Assembly (NCBI RefSeq): GCF_009914755.1
Contig: NC_060938.1
Source of the DNA: the human T2T-CHM13v2.0 reference genome, Homo sapiens
DNA length: 64,000 bases
Direction: 5' to 3' (one strand)
Positions 43,643 through 61,181 of the stretch are shown piece after piece. The first letter of the stretch is position 1. Each line of letters opens with the position of its first letter. The notes below the pieces were generated by a model. That model worked only from the letters and a program-made list of their open reading frames with translations, did not search any database and had not been told where the DNA came from. The position numbers and the translations under genes were made by a program.

Positions 43643-45949
43643 TAATGATTTCATTGAAAAACATCACTTCATTGGCTTGGTACTTTTTTCGTGACCTTAG
43701 ATTTCTTGTATATACTACCTTTATATGTTATCTGAGGAGATTTGTTTTTATATAAAGGTTCTTAATAAATTTTCTTCAAATGTCAGGATCAAGAGCATAG
43801 GCATATTTGCTCTGGAATGTTTATCCTATTCTTCACTGATGATCAATTTAGAGTGTGTCTGTTCAGGCAAGAATAAACAGAGCAAATGATCTCTTTTTCC
43901 CATATGAGCTCTTGAATTTCACTTTTCCCTAGAATGAAAAGTGCTTCTTGCCAATAGAGGATTTTTTATACTGTCATTTAAAAAATGGATTTTCTTTTAT
44001 CAAACCAATAACCTTTATATGTGCATTGTTTTCTCCTACATGGAGCCTTGAGATCAGCTTTCACAGATTCTGTTTTGTGGTGAGTGCTGTCAGTGTAGAA
44101 GGATGTCATTTGTCATGCCTTAGAGACTGTGTAGCACCCCTTCTTTCTTTTGCTAAATAAGAAAAATAAGCTGCTCTCTGCCCAAGCAAGACAAATGTAC
44201 TTGGGATACCTATTCTTTCCTGTGATTTCTCTGGACTTGCATCACTGGTTTAAGATTTAAGGCATCTTCTTGGTTCTTTACTTTTCATTGTTTCACAGCT
44301 CTTTGCTACTGTTTACTCAATATCCATGTAAAGATTGTTTAATGGACACTTTGAAAACTTCACAATTGTAAAGCAGTCCAGGTTTGTTGTTTGTGGTGTC
44401 ATTCTATCTTTCTTTTCTCTGTTGTTTTCCTCCCTTCTGACCCTTGATCAACTAATGAGTGTCCTTACACCCTGACTACTCAGTTCTCCCCACAACTCTG
44501 CCTATCCTAGTGTGCTAGTCTCTCAATGACAAAGTCATTCTTCTTTCTCCTCCAACTAAAACGCTCACTAGTTGATTGTCAAGCAGAAAATCTCTCTGAT
44601 TAACTCCCTCCCTCCAAGTAACTACTGATTGTTAATGGCCCAATATCTTATTCTTCTAGGATGAAAATGAACATTGTGAAATAGGTGACAACTTTATGTG
44701 ACAAATGCATTTACCAAGGACATAACTCTATGATTGTGGTATTTCACACATCATGAGGTGGAACACTGGGGTTGTTTCTAGAAGGGATGTGTAAGCTACT
44801 GCCTATTCCCATTTGTTTAAGGATTTTTCAGTCTTAGAATTGTTCATTTCTATTCTTCTTCCATGGAGGAATCTAAATGCTGTTATGTCACGGTAACTAA
44901 CTGCATTGTGCTTCATATATTATCATGTAGATTACAGGGCAAGTTATTTTGTTTTCTAAAACATTACTGGTAGAACATAAAGAACAGTAGCAATAAGACT
45001 ATTAACTTCTTAATTGTTCCTGGATACCATTATTATACATTCAAATTTTGGTGAAGCCTCTGATCAGAGTATTTAAAGGTGTGTGTATTTAAAAACTTGT
45101 GACATAGATCATATATTAAAAATAGTCTGCTTCAGATTATTCTCTGGGAACAAAACAATGGAGTAGATGGAAGGAGCTTAGTCATCAAAGCATTTCTTAC
45201 ATAATAGATATGACAATGGTAAAAATAGATGAAAATTGAAGGAAAAGAGATGAAGCGTAGAGAATAGTTTTAAGGAAACTATACAAACAGACAGCAGATG
45301 TCACTGTTGCTTTTTCATTATCATTAATCTTTTTTTGGGTTTTGTTCCTAGTTAATGACATTTTTCATTTTATTTGAGAACTCTAATAGGTTAATCAAGT
45401 TCACGTATGCTGAACTTCTGTTTTGAATGTTATGTTTATTAAGGTTATGCCTATAAACTTTGCATATATAATTATAAAGAAGATACTTTGTATGCTGAGG
45501 ACCATTAATTTAATATTATAAATTGACAAAATAATTTTTATAATAAACATCATCTGATTCAGAATAGTTTCCTAATAAAATAAAGTGTTAATCAGCTTGA
45601 AGAACAGCTGGTCTTGATCTTCTTTTAAATGACCAGTCATATCATTTGTTCTCTTTATTGTGAATACTGAAATACATATCACCAAATCTTCTCTGTGATG
45701 ATGATCTAAGAGATTTTTTTTACCATGTGAACACAACCAGCCAGTTTTATGTAGAACCTGAGAAACACGTTCCACATCAACTTCCAAAACACTATTCACC
45801 CCCCCCGTTTCATTTTCTCTCCTTGATCAGTTCAACTCTAGCTTTCAATTACAGTGTTTCCTCTTCAAGCTGCTGTGTAGGATGCACAAACCTCAATTTC
45901 TCATCTTCCTATCTAATCATTTACCAGATCCTGTTGATTCTAACTTCTG

Positions 45950-46030
45950 TGTTTTTATTTCTTTTCTCTTCTTCTTTTCTTTTCTCAAAGACAGGGTCTC
46001 TCTCTCTGTCACCCAGGCTGGTGTGCAGTA
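45950..46030 (-). mobile_element. Tiny Alu 3' fragment
   Basis: T-rich tail followed by agacagggtctctctctctgtcacccaggctggtgtgcagt. Confidence 0.7.
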
Positions 46031-46904
46031 CCTTTGTAAAGGCACTACAACAGTGTGCATTTCTAAAATCAACTTCCTTTTTATCACAAACTTTAAACTT
46101 CATAGTACACAGCTAAGTATGTGACACACATGCACACATTTCTGTAGGAAGAATAACTTGGACAGTTTTTCAGTTTCAGTGGGGCTCCATTATTTCATGA
46201 GAATGAAATGAGGCAACCTTGGTTTTAATGTGGAAAAAAATTCAGCAAGAACTAGTAATAATACAATGAGAGTTTCTAAAGATTTCTTTTTCATAAAATC
46301 TAATTCTATTGTCATTTTTAATTCAAAAGACTACAACTTTACTGTTATATTCTTAAACATAGTAAGCCTGTTTTTTTTTTTAAATCTATAAAATAAGGAA
46401 CTTGGGTAAAATGTTCCTAATGTGCTTTTCATAGATAAAATTCTATTATTCAATAGGAAGTACTGAAAGGCGTACTTAGGATTGCTTATTTCTCTTACAA
46501 AAACCTCATCAGTATATGTTCTATGCTTCTATAAAAATGTATTACAGATGATTACTTTTAGAACTAAAATGAAAATATATATTAAGCACTTACTGGGGAA
46601 TTAGGATTTTTATAATCATAGGACAGTAGTGAAAATTACTTGAAATCTGTTATAACTGAAAAACAATTCAAGGAATTTAATGACATTAATCTTTACATTT
46701 GAAGATAAGCCTGTGACTGTGTATATGTTGTAACTGTTACAATAAATGATAAAAACTAGCTTCTATTTTGGATTTTGTTATCTTGATTGCTTACTGAAAA
46801 TATTAATGGAAGTAATGACACAGGAGTCAGGGAGAGGAAGGAGATGGGCTGTCCAAACATGTTTTCTGTTATCCATGTGTGAGCACTGCCTATGAACACT
46901 AAGG

Positions 46905-47251
46905 CAGGGGTCCCCAACCCCTGGGACCAGTACTGGTCTGTGACCTGCTAGGAACTGGGCCGTATAGCAGGAGGTGAGCAGTGGATGAGCAAGGGAGCAT
47001 TACTGCCTGAGCTCTGCCTCCTGTCAGATCAGCAGCGTTCAATTCTCATAGGAGGGCTACCCCGTTGTGAACTGCACGTGCAAGGGATCTAGGTTGCACA
47101 CTCCTTATGAAACTCTAATGCCTGATGATCTGAGGTGGAACAGTTTTATCCTGAAATCATCCCTCCAGCTTTGCCCCACATCCCCACTGTCCATGGAAAA
47201 ATTGTCTTCCACGAAAATGGTTCCTGGTGCCAAAAAGGTTGGGGACCACTG
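46905..47251 (+). mobile_element. MER1B-like non-autonomous hAT-Charlie DNA transposon
   Basis: TIRs caggggtccccaacc / ggttggggaccactg; 8-bp TSD cactaagg / ctctaagg; 347 bp. Confidence 0.92.
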
Positions 47252-47479
47252 CTCTAAGGAATATATTTAGAATTGCTGGAATAAATAATTTTTATCACTG
47301 GTGAATTGGCATATGGTTTTCTGTGTTTGATTTATATATTATTTAACTAAGTAAGTGTTCTGAAGAGGAATTTAGAAAAAGAGTATTTTATTCACTAGTA
47401 GGAACTTTAGTGCTCAGAGACATGTTTCTGCAGCCTGTCCCAGCATGTTATTTTTTGAACACATTGCATCTTCAGTATA

Positions 47480-47690
47480 GATGTGGTTTGAAACTTGGAC
47501 TTGTCACTTTTAATTCACGTCATCTTGGTTAGGAAATTCAACTTCTCATTAGTGAAAATTTCTTATAAAAGCGAGAATAATGCTACCTATATTTTTTGGG
47601 ATTGTTGTGAAGATTACACTTGATAAATTTAAACACCAATATATGTGTAAGGTGTACCATAAATTATTGATATATATATCATTGTAACCA
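47480..47690 (+). mobile_element. MIR relic
   Basis: ggtttgaaacttggacttgtcactt...gagaataatgctacctat...ggattgttgtgaagatta. Confidence 0.65.
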
Positions 47691-48087
47691 CTAATAGCAA
47701 ATGTTTCTCAATGGCCTAGTAAGTAAAAGGTGTTTTGTTGATTCTGGGATTATAAAAAGATAGAATTTGTGGTCTTCATAGTTAGAAGCAGTATTTAAAT
47801 AACGAACTTACTATTTGTAACAGTAGTTATTTACTTGCAATCTTTAAAAATTGTTATTTATTTATTTATTTATTTATTTATTATTATACTTTAAGTTTTA
47901 GGGTACATGTGCACAATGTGCAGGTTAGTTACATATGTATACATGCGCCATACTGGTGCACTGCACCCACTAACTCGTCATCTAGCATTAGGTATATCTC
48001 CCAATGCTATCCCTCCCCCCTCACCTCAAGCCACAACAGTCCCCAGAGTGTGATGTTCCCCTTCCTGTGTCCATGTGTTCTCATTGT

Positions 48088-51932
<3,845 letters not shown>

Positions 51933-51980
51933 TTATTTTGCTCGTTAGTTGATACAGTTTCTTCCTAGTCTCGATGGTCT

Positions 51981-52992
51981 TTACATTTTGGCATGATTTT
52001 GCAGCGGCTGGTACCGGTTGTTCCTTTCCATGTTTAGCGCTTCCTTCGGGAGCTCTTTTAGGGCAGGCCTGGTGGTGACAAAATCTCTCAGCATTTGCTT
52101 GTCTGTAAAGTATTTTATTTCTCCTTCACTTATGAAGCTTAGTTTGGCTGGATATGAAATTCTGGGTTGAAAATTCTTTTCTTTAAGAATGTTGAATATT
52201 GGCCCGCACTCTCTTCTGGCTTGTAGAGTTTCTGCCCAGACATCCGCTGTTAGTCTGACAGGCTTCCCTTTGAGGGTAACCCGACCTTTCTCTCTGGCTG
52301 CCCTTAACGTTTTTTCCTTCATTTCAATTTTGGTGAATCTGACAATTATGTGTCTTGGAGTTGCTCTTCTCGAGGAGTATCTTTGTGGCGTTCTCTGTAT
52401 TTCCTGAATCTGAATGTTGTCCTGCCTTGCTAGAATGGGGAAGTTCTCCTGGATAATATCCTGCAGAGTGTTTTCCAACTTGGTTCCATTCTCCCCGTCA
52501 CTTTCAGGTACACTAATCAGACGTAGATTTGGTCTTTTCACATAGTCCCATATTTCTTGGAGGCTTTACTTGTTTCTTTTTATTCTTTTTTCTCTAAACT
52601 TCCCTTCTCGCTTCATTTCATTCATTTCATCTTCCATCGCTGATACCCTTTCTTCCAGTTGATCGCATCGGCTCCTGAGGCTTCTGCATTCTTCACGTAG
52701 TTCTCGAGCCTTGGCTTTCAGCTCCATCAGCTCCTTTAAGCACTTCTCTGTATTGGTTATTCTAGTTATACATTCTTCTAAATTTTTTTCAAAGTTTTCA
52801 ACTTCTTTGCCTTTGGTTTGAGTGTCCTCCCGTAGCTTGGAGTAATTTGTCTGAAGCCTTCTTCTCTCAGCTCGTCAAAGTCATTCTCTGTCCAGCTTTG
52901 TTCCGTTGCTGGTGAGGAACTGCGTTCCTTTGGAGGAGGAGAGGCGCTCTGCTTTTTAGAGTTCCAGTTTTTCTGCTCTGTTTTTTCCCCAT
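51981..52992 (-). pseudogene. L1 ORF1p, frameshifted
   Basis: ATGGGGAAAAAA start at 52992, end RYQPLQNHAKM*; 1012 nt against the usual 1017, consistent with small deletions near 52962 and 52848. Confidence 0.95.
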
Positions 52993-53895
52993 CTTTGTGG
53001 TTTTATCTACTTTTGGTCTTTGATGCTGGTGATGTACAGATGGGTTTTTGGTGGGGATGTCCTTTCTGGTTGTTAGTTTTCCTTCTAACAGACAGGACCC
53101 TCAGCTGCAGGTCTGTTGGAGTACCCGGCCATGTGAGGTGTCAGTCTGCCCCTGCTAGGGGGTGCCTCCCAGTTAGGCTGCTCGGGGTCAGGGGTCAGGG
53201 ACCCACTTGAGGAGGCAGTCTGCCCGTTCTCAGATCTCCAGCTGCATGGTGGGAGAACCACTGCTCTCTTCAAAGCTGTCAGACAGGGACCCTTAAGTCT
53301 GCAGAGGTTACTGCTGTCTTTTTGTTTGTCTGTGCCCTGCCCCCAGAGGTGGAGCCTACAGAGGCAGGCAGGCCTCCTTGAGCTGTGGTGGGCTCCACCC
53401 AGTTGGAGCTTCCTGGCTGCTTTGTTTACCTAAGCAAGCCTGGGCAATGGCGGGCGCCCCTCCCCCAGCCTCGCTGCCGCCTTGCAGTTTGATCTCAGAC
53501 TGCTGTGCTAGCAATCAGGGAGACTCCGTGGGCGTAGGACCCTCCGAGCCAGGTGCGGGACAGGATCTCCTGATGCGCCGTTTTTTAAGCCCGTCAGAAA
53601 AGCGCAGTATTCGGGTGGGAGTGACCGGATCTTCCAGGTGCTGTCTGTCACCCCTTTCTTTGACTAGGAAAGGGAACTCCCTGACCCCTTGCGCTTCCCG
53701 ATCGAGGCAATGCCTCGCCCTGCTTTGGCTGGTGCACGATGCGCACACCCACTGACCTGCTCCCACTGTCTGGCACTCCCTAGTGAGATGAACCCGGTAC
53801 CTCAGATGGAAATGCAGAAATCACCCGTCTTCTGCCTTGCTCACGCTGGGAGCTGTATACCGGAGCTGTTCCTATTCGGCCATCTTGGCTCCTCC
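52993..53895 (-). promoter_or_regulatory. L1 5'UTR: internal sense promoter (YY1 site at the 5' end) and antisense promoter
   Basis: caagatggcc YY1 motif at ~53878-53887 on minus; the most CpG-rich stretch in the window; promoter function is established knowledge for L1PA 5'UTRs. Confidence 0.85.
53447..53755 (+). CDS. ORF0: L1 antisense ORF0, open, 102 aa
   Basis: MAGAPPPASLPPCSLISDCCASNQ... matches primate L1 ORF0; gcaATGg Kozak context; expression unknown. Confidence 0.7.
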   Translation: MAGAPPPASLPPCSLISDCCASNQGDSVGVGPSEPGAGQDLLMRRFLSPSEKRSIRVGVTGSSRCCLSPLSLTRKGNSLTPCASRSRQCLALLWLVHDAHTH

Positions 53896-54749
53896 TAAAA
53901 ATTGTTTTAAAGTTTGTATTGGATTTGAATTTTAGAGGCTTGCTAACTTTCCTTTAATAGTAACTCTCTGACTATCCTTACCCTTTTACCAACCAGGCTA
54001 GCAAAGTTGAACCACCAGTTTTAATGTTCTCACTTTTCATCTGTGGACCTAGACATGAAAACAATGGAGGCTAAGATGGAATTTTTGAGTTAACCTGCTC
54101 TCCACTGACTTTTTGAGTGGACGGTGGAGGTACTTCTCATGAAATACCAAGGTAGAAAGTGAACTTTACCCTTGTTGCATTTTGGCATGGCTTGCTTACA
54201 GCTTTTATTCATGTTAAAAGGTAAATTTATGACATGGAAATAAATAGTCATAAGTTTAGATTACGGATCCCAGCTGTCAGACTCTCCAGCCAGAGTGGGT
54301 CCTGTGGTGTCCAGCCTTCTCTGCTCTGCTTCTCTAGCCTTGACTAGTGCTTCATAGAACTATGTATGATACATTTTTGGTTACTATCATAGCCTCCCAA
54401 CTCCTTTACAATTTTAGCTAATATTCTGTCTGCTATTATCTTAGCCTGTAGAAATGAAATGATCATGTAGGTTCATACATGTGTACATTGTTGTCTATGA
54501 TACAGTCTCACTTGTAAAAAACTTCCTCAACAATAATCCATACTCTTAGTATTTTTGTAGCAGTTCGGAACTACTGGAGGTGAAGTCACTACCAAGTTCT
54601 GAATGTTTGTGAGGTGAGGAAACCACTAACATGTGAGAATATTTCCCAAAATCACTTCCTACCACAATATTTATGTTTCCAAGAAATTAACTGAACATTT
54701 ACAATTTACTAAATACTTTAATGATTTATATATAACAATGTATATATTT

Positions 54750-54925
54750 TTTACAACAATTTAGGTGGGTACTATTATTATTCCTGTTTTGAGGATGAGA
54801 ACATGAAGAAATGGAGAGTCCTACAGCTGGCCTCCTAAGTGGCCTGATGTACCACAGTTAGGAAGGGGCAGAGTTGAGACTACAACCCAAGTCGTGTGGG
54901 CACAGAGTCTGTACCTTTGGCATTT
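54750..54925 (-). mobile_element. MIR
   Basis: aggtgggtactattattattcctgttttgaggatgagaacatga...cacagttaggaaggggcagagttgagact. Confidence 0.7.
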
Positions 54926-57746
54926 GCATTGCCAGTCTTTGAGGGGAGGTTTGGTTTTCCCATTTAGAGTTGGCAGAGGAGAGCAGGATGGAAGAGATGA
55001 CCTCCACAGGATAATTCCAGGCTCTCAGAGCCAGAGAATCTTTTTCTCAATGCATAGTTTGAATTGGGCCTCTGGATCAGGGACCACCTGATGTAATAGC
55101 CCCAGTACGATAATATTTTGGATTGATGCTTTTCTTGTAATCTAGTCTCAGGCTGGAAAATGTATCTAGTTTATCAAGCATCATAAGGTCAACATTGGAG
55201 AATAGGCAACTAGAAGTCAGACTTGGAATTCACTGGTTCAAATTTCTTACATAGTATAATTTATGTATGTAATAAACATTAGTAGTAATACATGCCATTA
55301 TCTGCCTTTAACCAAAGTTCTAAAACAGTGGTTCTCCCTTGTTATTTTGCAACACTTTGGGAGTGTTATGAAATTATAATATTAAAATGTTCCTACTAAT
55401 ATATAAAACACCTATGATATTATTGTGCCTTTTGGTGGGTGGGAATGAGGGTTTTGGATGTGGTCAAACTTCACTAAAAGTGTTAATAACCATGTAAGAG
55501 TGTGGAGAATATTTTTATTTATTTTGCTTTTTACCTATCCTCTGTAATGCCAAGTGTGAATAACTATTTGATAAAAATTGAAGAGAAACACGAGACTGAG
55601 GTTAAACAGGCTGAGTGAGGAGGCGGATGCAAATAGTGAGAGGAATAGCCTGATTTTTCCAAGGACAAGGATTTAGGCTGATGGGATGTATTATTCGGGG
55701 GCTGGGTGAGGCAGGGAGAGGAGGCTGAAATATGAGGAGAGGCTAAAGAAGGCAGAAATCTTCATTTTAAGAATCAGTGCTGTCTGTAACAAAAGAACCA
55801 TTCCAGTGTCTCAAGGCAGCAGCAGGATGCTGTCTGTTCCAACAACTCATGGTAATTGGAGAAGGACGTTTCCCAGGCAGCTAAAAGTAAAGAAACAGAA
55901 AGGATTCTGCCTTATGGAAAAGCTCACTAACACAGAGACAGCAGAACAGGTGCGGGGCTGGAGGGCTTTGAAGATGTTGCAGAAGCAGGAAGCAGAGAGC
56001 ATTGAGTTGTAGCATCCAGGCCCTACTCCCAGATTTGCTAGGGATGGTTGGCACTGTTACAGGGCCCAGTTCAAGTGCCTGAGAAAATGACTTCAGTGTG
56101 TGAGACATGCCAAGGGTTATACTATTTCTACCTTCTAGAATAGGGTGTAGGAAACTGGATGGGAGGGAAGGGTTGCACTGAATCAGCCAGAGGGCTGAGC
56201 TTTGCACCATGACCCTTCCCACTATGGCAATGATGTGGCATCTCACTGGCCAGCACATTGGTAATTTGAGTATGTCTTTTGTTATGTTCTCTGTATTTAG
56301 AATTAAGGGAGTTCAGACACTGTAAAGAGAAGGTGTAATATGTTAAGGCTTTTAAAATGTGAATTTTTTGGCATATATGGTGGAGAAAGCAAATGCTTAG
56401 TTGTGTGACAGGGATCAGAGTCTCCTTAGAAACTAATTAACAAAGTGTCCAGTATATTAATTATTTAAATTCATAAAATCATGGACTTGTATTAGATGAT
56501 CTTTCAGGTTTTTTTCCATACATAAAGTTTCACAGTACTTCACACACTACAGTTTCTTTCTATATAGTCTATGATGACCTCTTCATTTTACCCTCAGACA
56601 CAAGCTTTTACGGTTGGCCTTTTGTGGTCTTTTTTGGTATTGATAGTTTAGATTGAATTTTTGGTTCCTGGCATTTGGCTTACTTACTGATTTTTTTCTC
56701 ATCTTGTGTCTCAAGAGAGCTTTCTTAAAATAAAATTCAGTCTCTCTTTTGTTTTCAGCATGATTGCATCTAATTATGTAATTAGGCTAAATACATGCAA
56801 TCAGGAGCAAGTAATAAATATTAGATTCTAACTCTGTAAATTTTGTTTTTCGTAGTAAATGCCTCAGGGGCAGAGCTTTTTTATTTATGCCTGCTAATAC
56901 CTTCCACAGTGTTGTACATGTACCAAGAACTCAGTAGTTATTTGTTGAATTAATGAAGTATTTTTAAGATGCAATGCAAATCTCATCTAAAAATATGCAA
57001 ATTCTCTCGAGACGCTAGAAATATTTTTCAAAGTTATTTAAAGCCATATTATGTTTGGACCATGTACTGGTTTAGGCTAAATTGATTTATCAAGCTGTAT
57101 GTTTGGCACAGTGGTGGCTATGACTACATTAGTTGTCTTGGAAGAAAAATGATTTTTATAGGTCATAAGTTAGGTCAGTTAGTCATCATAGATTTACTGT
57201 GTTTCTGACACTGTTTCCTTAGATTTGATCTGGCTTTTCTCTTGTACATTTGAAGCTTATTTAGGAGTGTGTCAGAACAAGCTGTCTCACCTGCCTGAAT
57301 TGTTAGCCTTTAGGGCAGGGACAATGTTGTTATGTTATGTTCAGAGCAGGGCACAGGAGAGAGTTGCCTGGATCATAAAGAATGGTGATGAGCTCAAGTT
57401 GGTGACCTGGTTCCTCTGTTCAGACACTATGGGCTGGAAAGGATGTGCCATATTTCTCAGGGGTTTTTCCTAATAACCCCTCTGCAGCTATCCTGCACCT
57501 TGTTACAAAGTCTTCTTTTACATTACTTTGTAAACATGTACCTGTAATGTAACTTCCATTTTTCAAGCATTCCAATGTTACAAGCACATAAAAATACACC
57601 TTGTTTTATTTGTGTTTTTATACTCAATACCTAGCAAAATTCCTGGCATACGGAGAAGTTTGAAATGCTTGTTGAGTCAAATAGAGCTGGTGCCTGTGGC
57701 AGTGGATAATCAGGCAGTCGAAAGCAGATTAAAATCTCAAATCTAG

Positions 57747-60700
57747 GTGGATAAGCTGTTGATGTGCTGCTGGATTTGGTTTGCCAGTATTTTATTGAGG
57801 ATTTTCACATCTATGTTCATCAGGGATATTGGCCTGAAACTTTCTTTTTTTGTTGTGTCTCTACCAGGTTTTGGTATCAGGATGATACTGGCCTCATAAA
57901 ATGAGCTAGGGAGGATTCCCTCTTTTTCTATTGTTTGGAATAGTTTCAGAAGGAATGGTACTAGTTCCCTTTGTACTTCTGGTAGAATTCGGCTGTGAAT
58001 CTGTCTGGTCCTGGACTTTTTTAGGTTGGGAGGCTATTAATTACTGCCTCAATTTCAGAACTTGTTATTGGTCTATTCAGGGATTCGACTTATTCCTGGT
58101 TTAGTCTTTGGAGGGTGTATGTATCCAGGAATTTATCCATTTCTTCTAGATTTTCTAGTTTATTTGCATAGAGGGGTTTATAGTATTCTCTGATGATCAT
58201 TTGTATTTCTGTGGGATCAGTGGTGATCTCCCTTTGTCATTTTTTATTGTGTCTATTTGATTCTTCTCTCTTTTTTCTTCTGTATTAGTCTGGCTAGCAG
58301 TCTATTTTGTTAATCTTTTCAGAACACCAGCTCCTGGATTAATTGATTTTTTTGAAGGGTTTTTCGTGTCTCTATCTCCTTCAGTTCTGCTCTGATCTTA
58401 GTTATTTGTTGTCTTCTGCTAGCTTTTGAATTCGTTTGCTTCCTTCTATAGTTCTTTTGTGATGTTAGGGTGTTGATTTTAGATCTTTCGCGCTTTCTCC
58501 TGTGGACATTTAGTGCTATAAATTTCCATCAAAAAACTGCTTTAGCCGTGTCCCAGAGATTCTGGCACATGGTGTCTTTGTTCTCATTGGTTGCAAAGAA
58601 CTTATTTATTTCTTCCTTATTTTAATTATTTACCCAGTAGTTGTTCAGGAGCAGGTTGTTCAGTTTCCATGTAGTTGTGCAGTTTTGAGTGAGTTTCTTA
58701 ATCCTGAGTTCTAATTTGATTGCATTGTGGTCTGAGAGACTGCTTGTTATAATTTCTGTTCTTTTACATTTGCTGAGGAGTGTTTTACTTCCAATTATGT
58801 GATCAGTTTTAGAATAAGTGCGATGTGGTGCTGAGAAGAATATATATTCTGTTGATTTGGGGTGGAGAGGTTCAACATATGCAAATCAATAAATGTAATC
58901 CATCACATAAACAGAACCAATGACAAAAACCACATGATTATCTCAATAGATGCAGAAAAGGCCTTTGACAAAATTCAACACGCCTTCATGCTAAAATCTC
59001 TCAATAAACTAGATATTGATGGAACGTATCTCAAAATAATAAGAGCTATTTATGACAAACCCACAGCCATTATCATTCTGAATGGGCAAAAACTGGAAGC
59101 ATTCCCTTTGAAATCTGGCACAAGACAAGGATGCTCTCTCTCAGCCACTACTATTCAACATAATATTGGAAGTTCTGGCCAGGACAATCAGGCAAGAGAA
59201 AGAAATAAAGGGTATTCAAATAGGAAGAGAGGAGGTCAAATTGTCTCTGTTTGCAGATGACATGATTTTATATATAAAAACCCCATCGTCTCAGCCCAAA
59301 ATCTCCTTAAGCTGATAAGCAACTTCAGCAAAGTCTCAGGATACAAAATCAATGTGCAAAAATCACAAGCATTCCTATTCACCAATAATAGACAAACAGA
59401 GAGCCATATCATGAGTGAAGTCCCATTCGCAATTGCTACAAAGAGAATAAAATACCTAGAAATACCACTTACAAGAGATGTGAAGGACCTCTTCTACAAA
59501 CCACTGCTCAAGGAAATAAGAGAGGACACTGACAAATGGAAAAGCATTCCATGCTCATGGATAGGAAAAATCAATATCGTGAAAATGGCCATACTGCCCA
59601 AAGTAATATATAAATTCATTGCTATCCCCATCAAGCTACCATTGAGTTTCTTCACAGAATTAGAAAAAACTACTTTAAATTTCATATGGAACCAAAAAAG
59701 AGCCTGCATCATGAAGACAATCCTTAGCAAAAAGAACAAAGCTGGAAACACCACGCCACCTGACTTGAAGCTATACTACAAGGCTACAGTAACCAAAACA
59801 GCATAGTACTAATACCAAAACAGATATATAGACGAATGGAACAGAACAGAGGCCTCAGAAATAACACCACACATCTACAACCATCTGATCTTTGACAAAC
59901 CTGACAAAAACAAGCAGTGGGGAAAGGATTCCTATTTAATAAATGGTGCTGGGAAAGCTGGCTAGCCATATGCAGAAAACTGAAACTGGACCCCGTCCTT
60001 ATGCCTTATAAAAAAATTAACTCAAGATGGATTAAAGACTTAAATGTAAGACCTAAAACCATAAAAACCCTAGAAAAAAACCTAGGCAATACCATTCAGG
60101 ACATAGGCATGGGCAAAGACTTCATGATTAAAACACCAAAAGCAATGGCAACAAAAGCCAAAATTGACAAATGGGATTTAATTAAACTAAAGAGCTTCTG
60201 CACAGCAAAAGAAACTATAATCAGAATGAACAGGCCACCTACAGAATGGGAGAAAGTTTTTGCAATCTATCCATCTGACAAAGGGCTAATATCCAGAATC
60301 TTCAAAGAACTTAAACAAATTTACATGAAAAAAAACCCCATCAAAAAGTGGGCAAAGGATATGAACAGACACCTCTCAAAAGAAGACATTTATGCAGCCA
60401 ACAAACATAGGAAAAAAAGCTCATCATCACTGGTCATTAGAAAAATGCAAATCAAAACCACAATGAGATACCATCTTTTGCCAGTTAGAATGGTGATTAT
60501 TAAAAACTCAGGAAACAACAGATGCTGGAGAGGATGTGGAGAAACAGCTTTTACACTGTTGGTGGGAGTATAAATTAGTTCAACCATTGTGGAAGAGAGT
60601 GTGGTGATTCCTCAAGGATCTAGAACCAGAAATACCATTTTACCCAGCCATCCCATTACTGTATATATACCCAAATGATTATAAATCATTCTAATATAAA

Positions 60701-61181
60701 GACACATGAACACATATGCTTAGTGCAGCACTATTCACAATAACAAAGACTTGGAACCAACCCAAATGCCCATCAATGATAGGCTGGGTTAAGAAAATGT
60801 GGCACATATACACCATAGAATTTTATGCAGCCATAAAAAAGGATGAGTTCATGTCCTTTGCAGGGACATGGATGAAGCTGGAAAACATCATTCTCAGGAA
60901 ACTAACACAGGAACAGAAAACCAAACACTGCATATTCTCACTCATAAGTGGGAGTTCAACAATGAGAACACATGGACACAGGGAGGGGAACATCACACAC
61001 CGGGTCTTGTTGGGGGGTAGGGGGTGGGGGGTGGAGGGAGGGATAGCATTAGAAGAAATACGTAATGTAGATGACAGGTTGATGTGTGCAGGAAACCACC
61101 ATGGCACATGTATACCTATGTAGCAAACCTGCAAGTTCAGCACTTGTATCCTGGAACTTAAAGTATAAAAAAAAATAAAAT
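57747..61181 (+). mobile_element. L1PA7-like, 5'-inverted (twin-primed): inverted minus segment 57747-58869, plus segment 58870-61181
   Basis: TSD aaaatctc(a/g)aatctag at 57731-57746 and 61182-61197, at a canonical TT|AAAA endonuclease site; ORF2 fragments 58862-61123; 3'UTR and A-tail. Confidence 0.96.

Noticed and set aside
59109-59125. Shared aaatctggcac variant between 59111 and 63956 as further conversion evidence
   Set aside because: It is a single isolated site in the direct-repeat overlap and could be a lineage diagnostic, so I did not count it.
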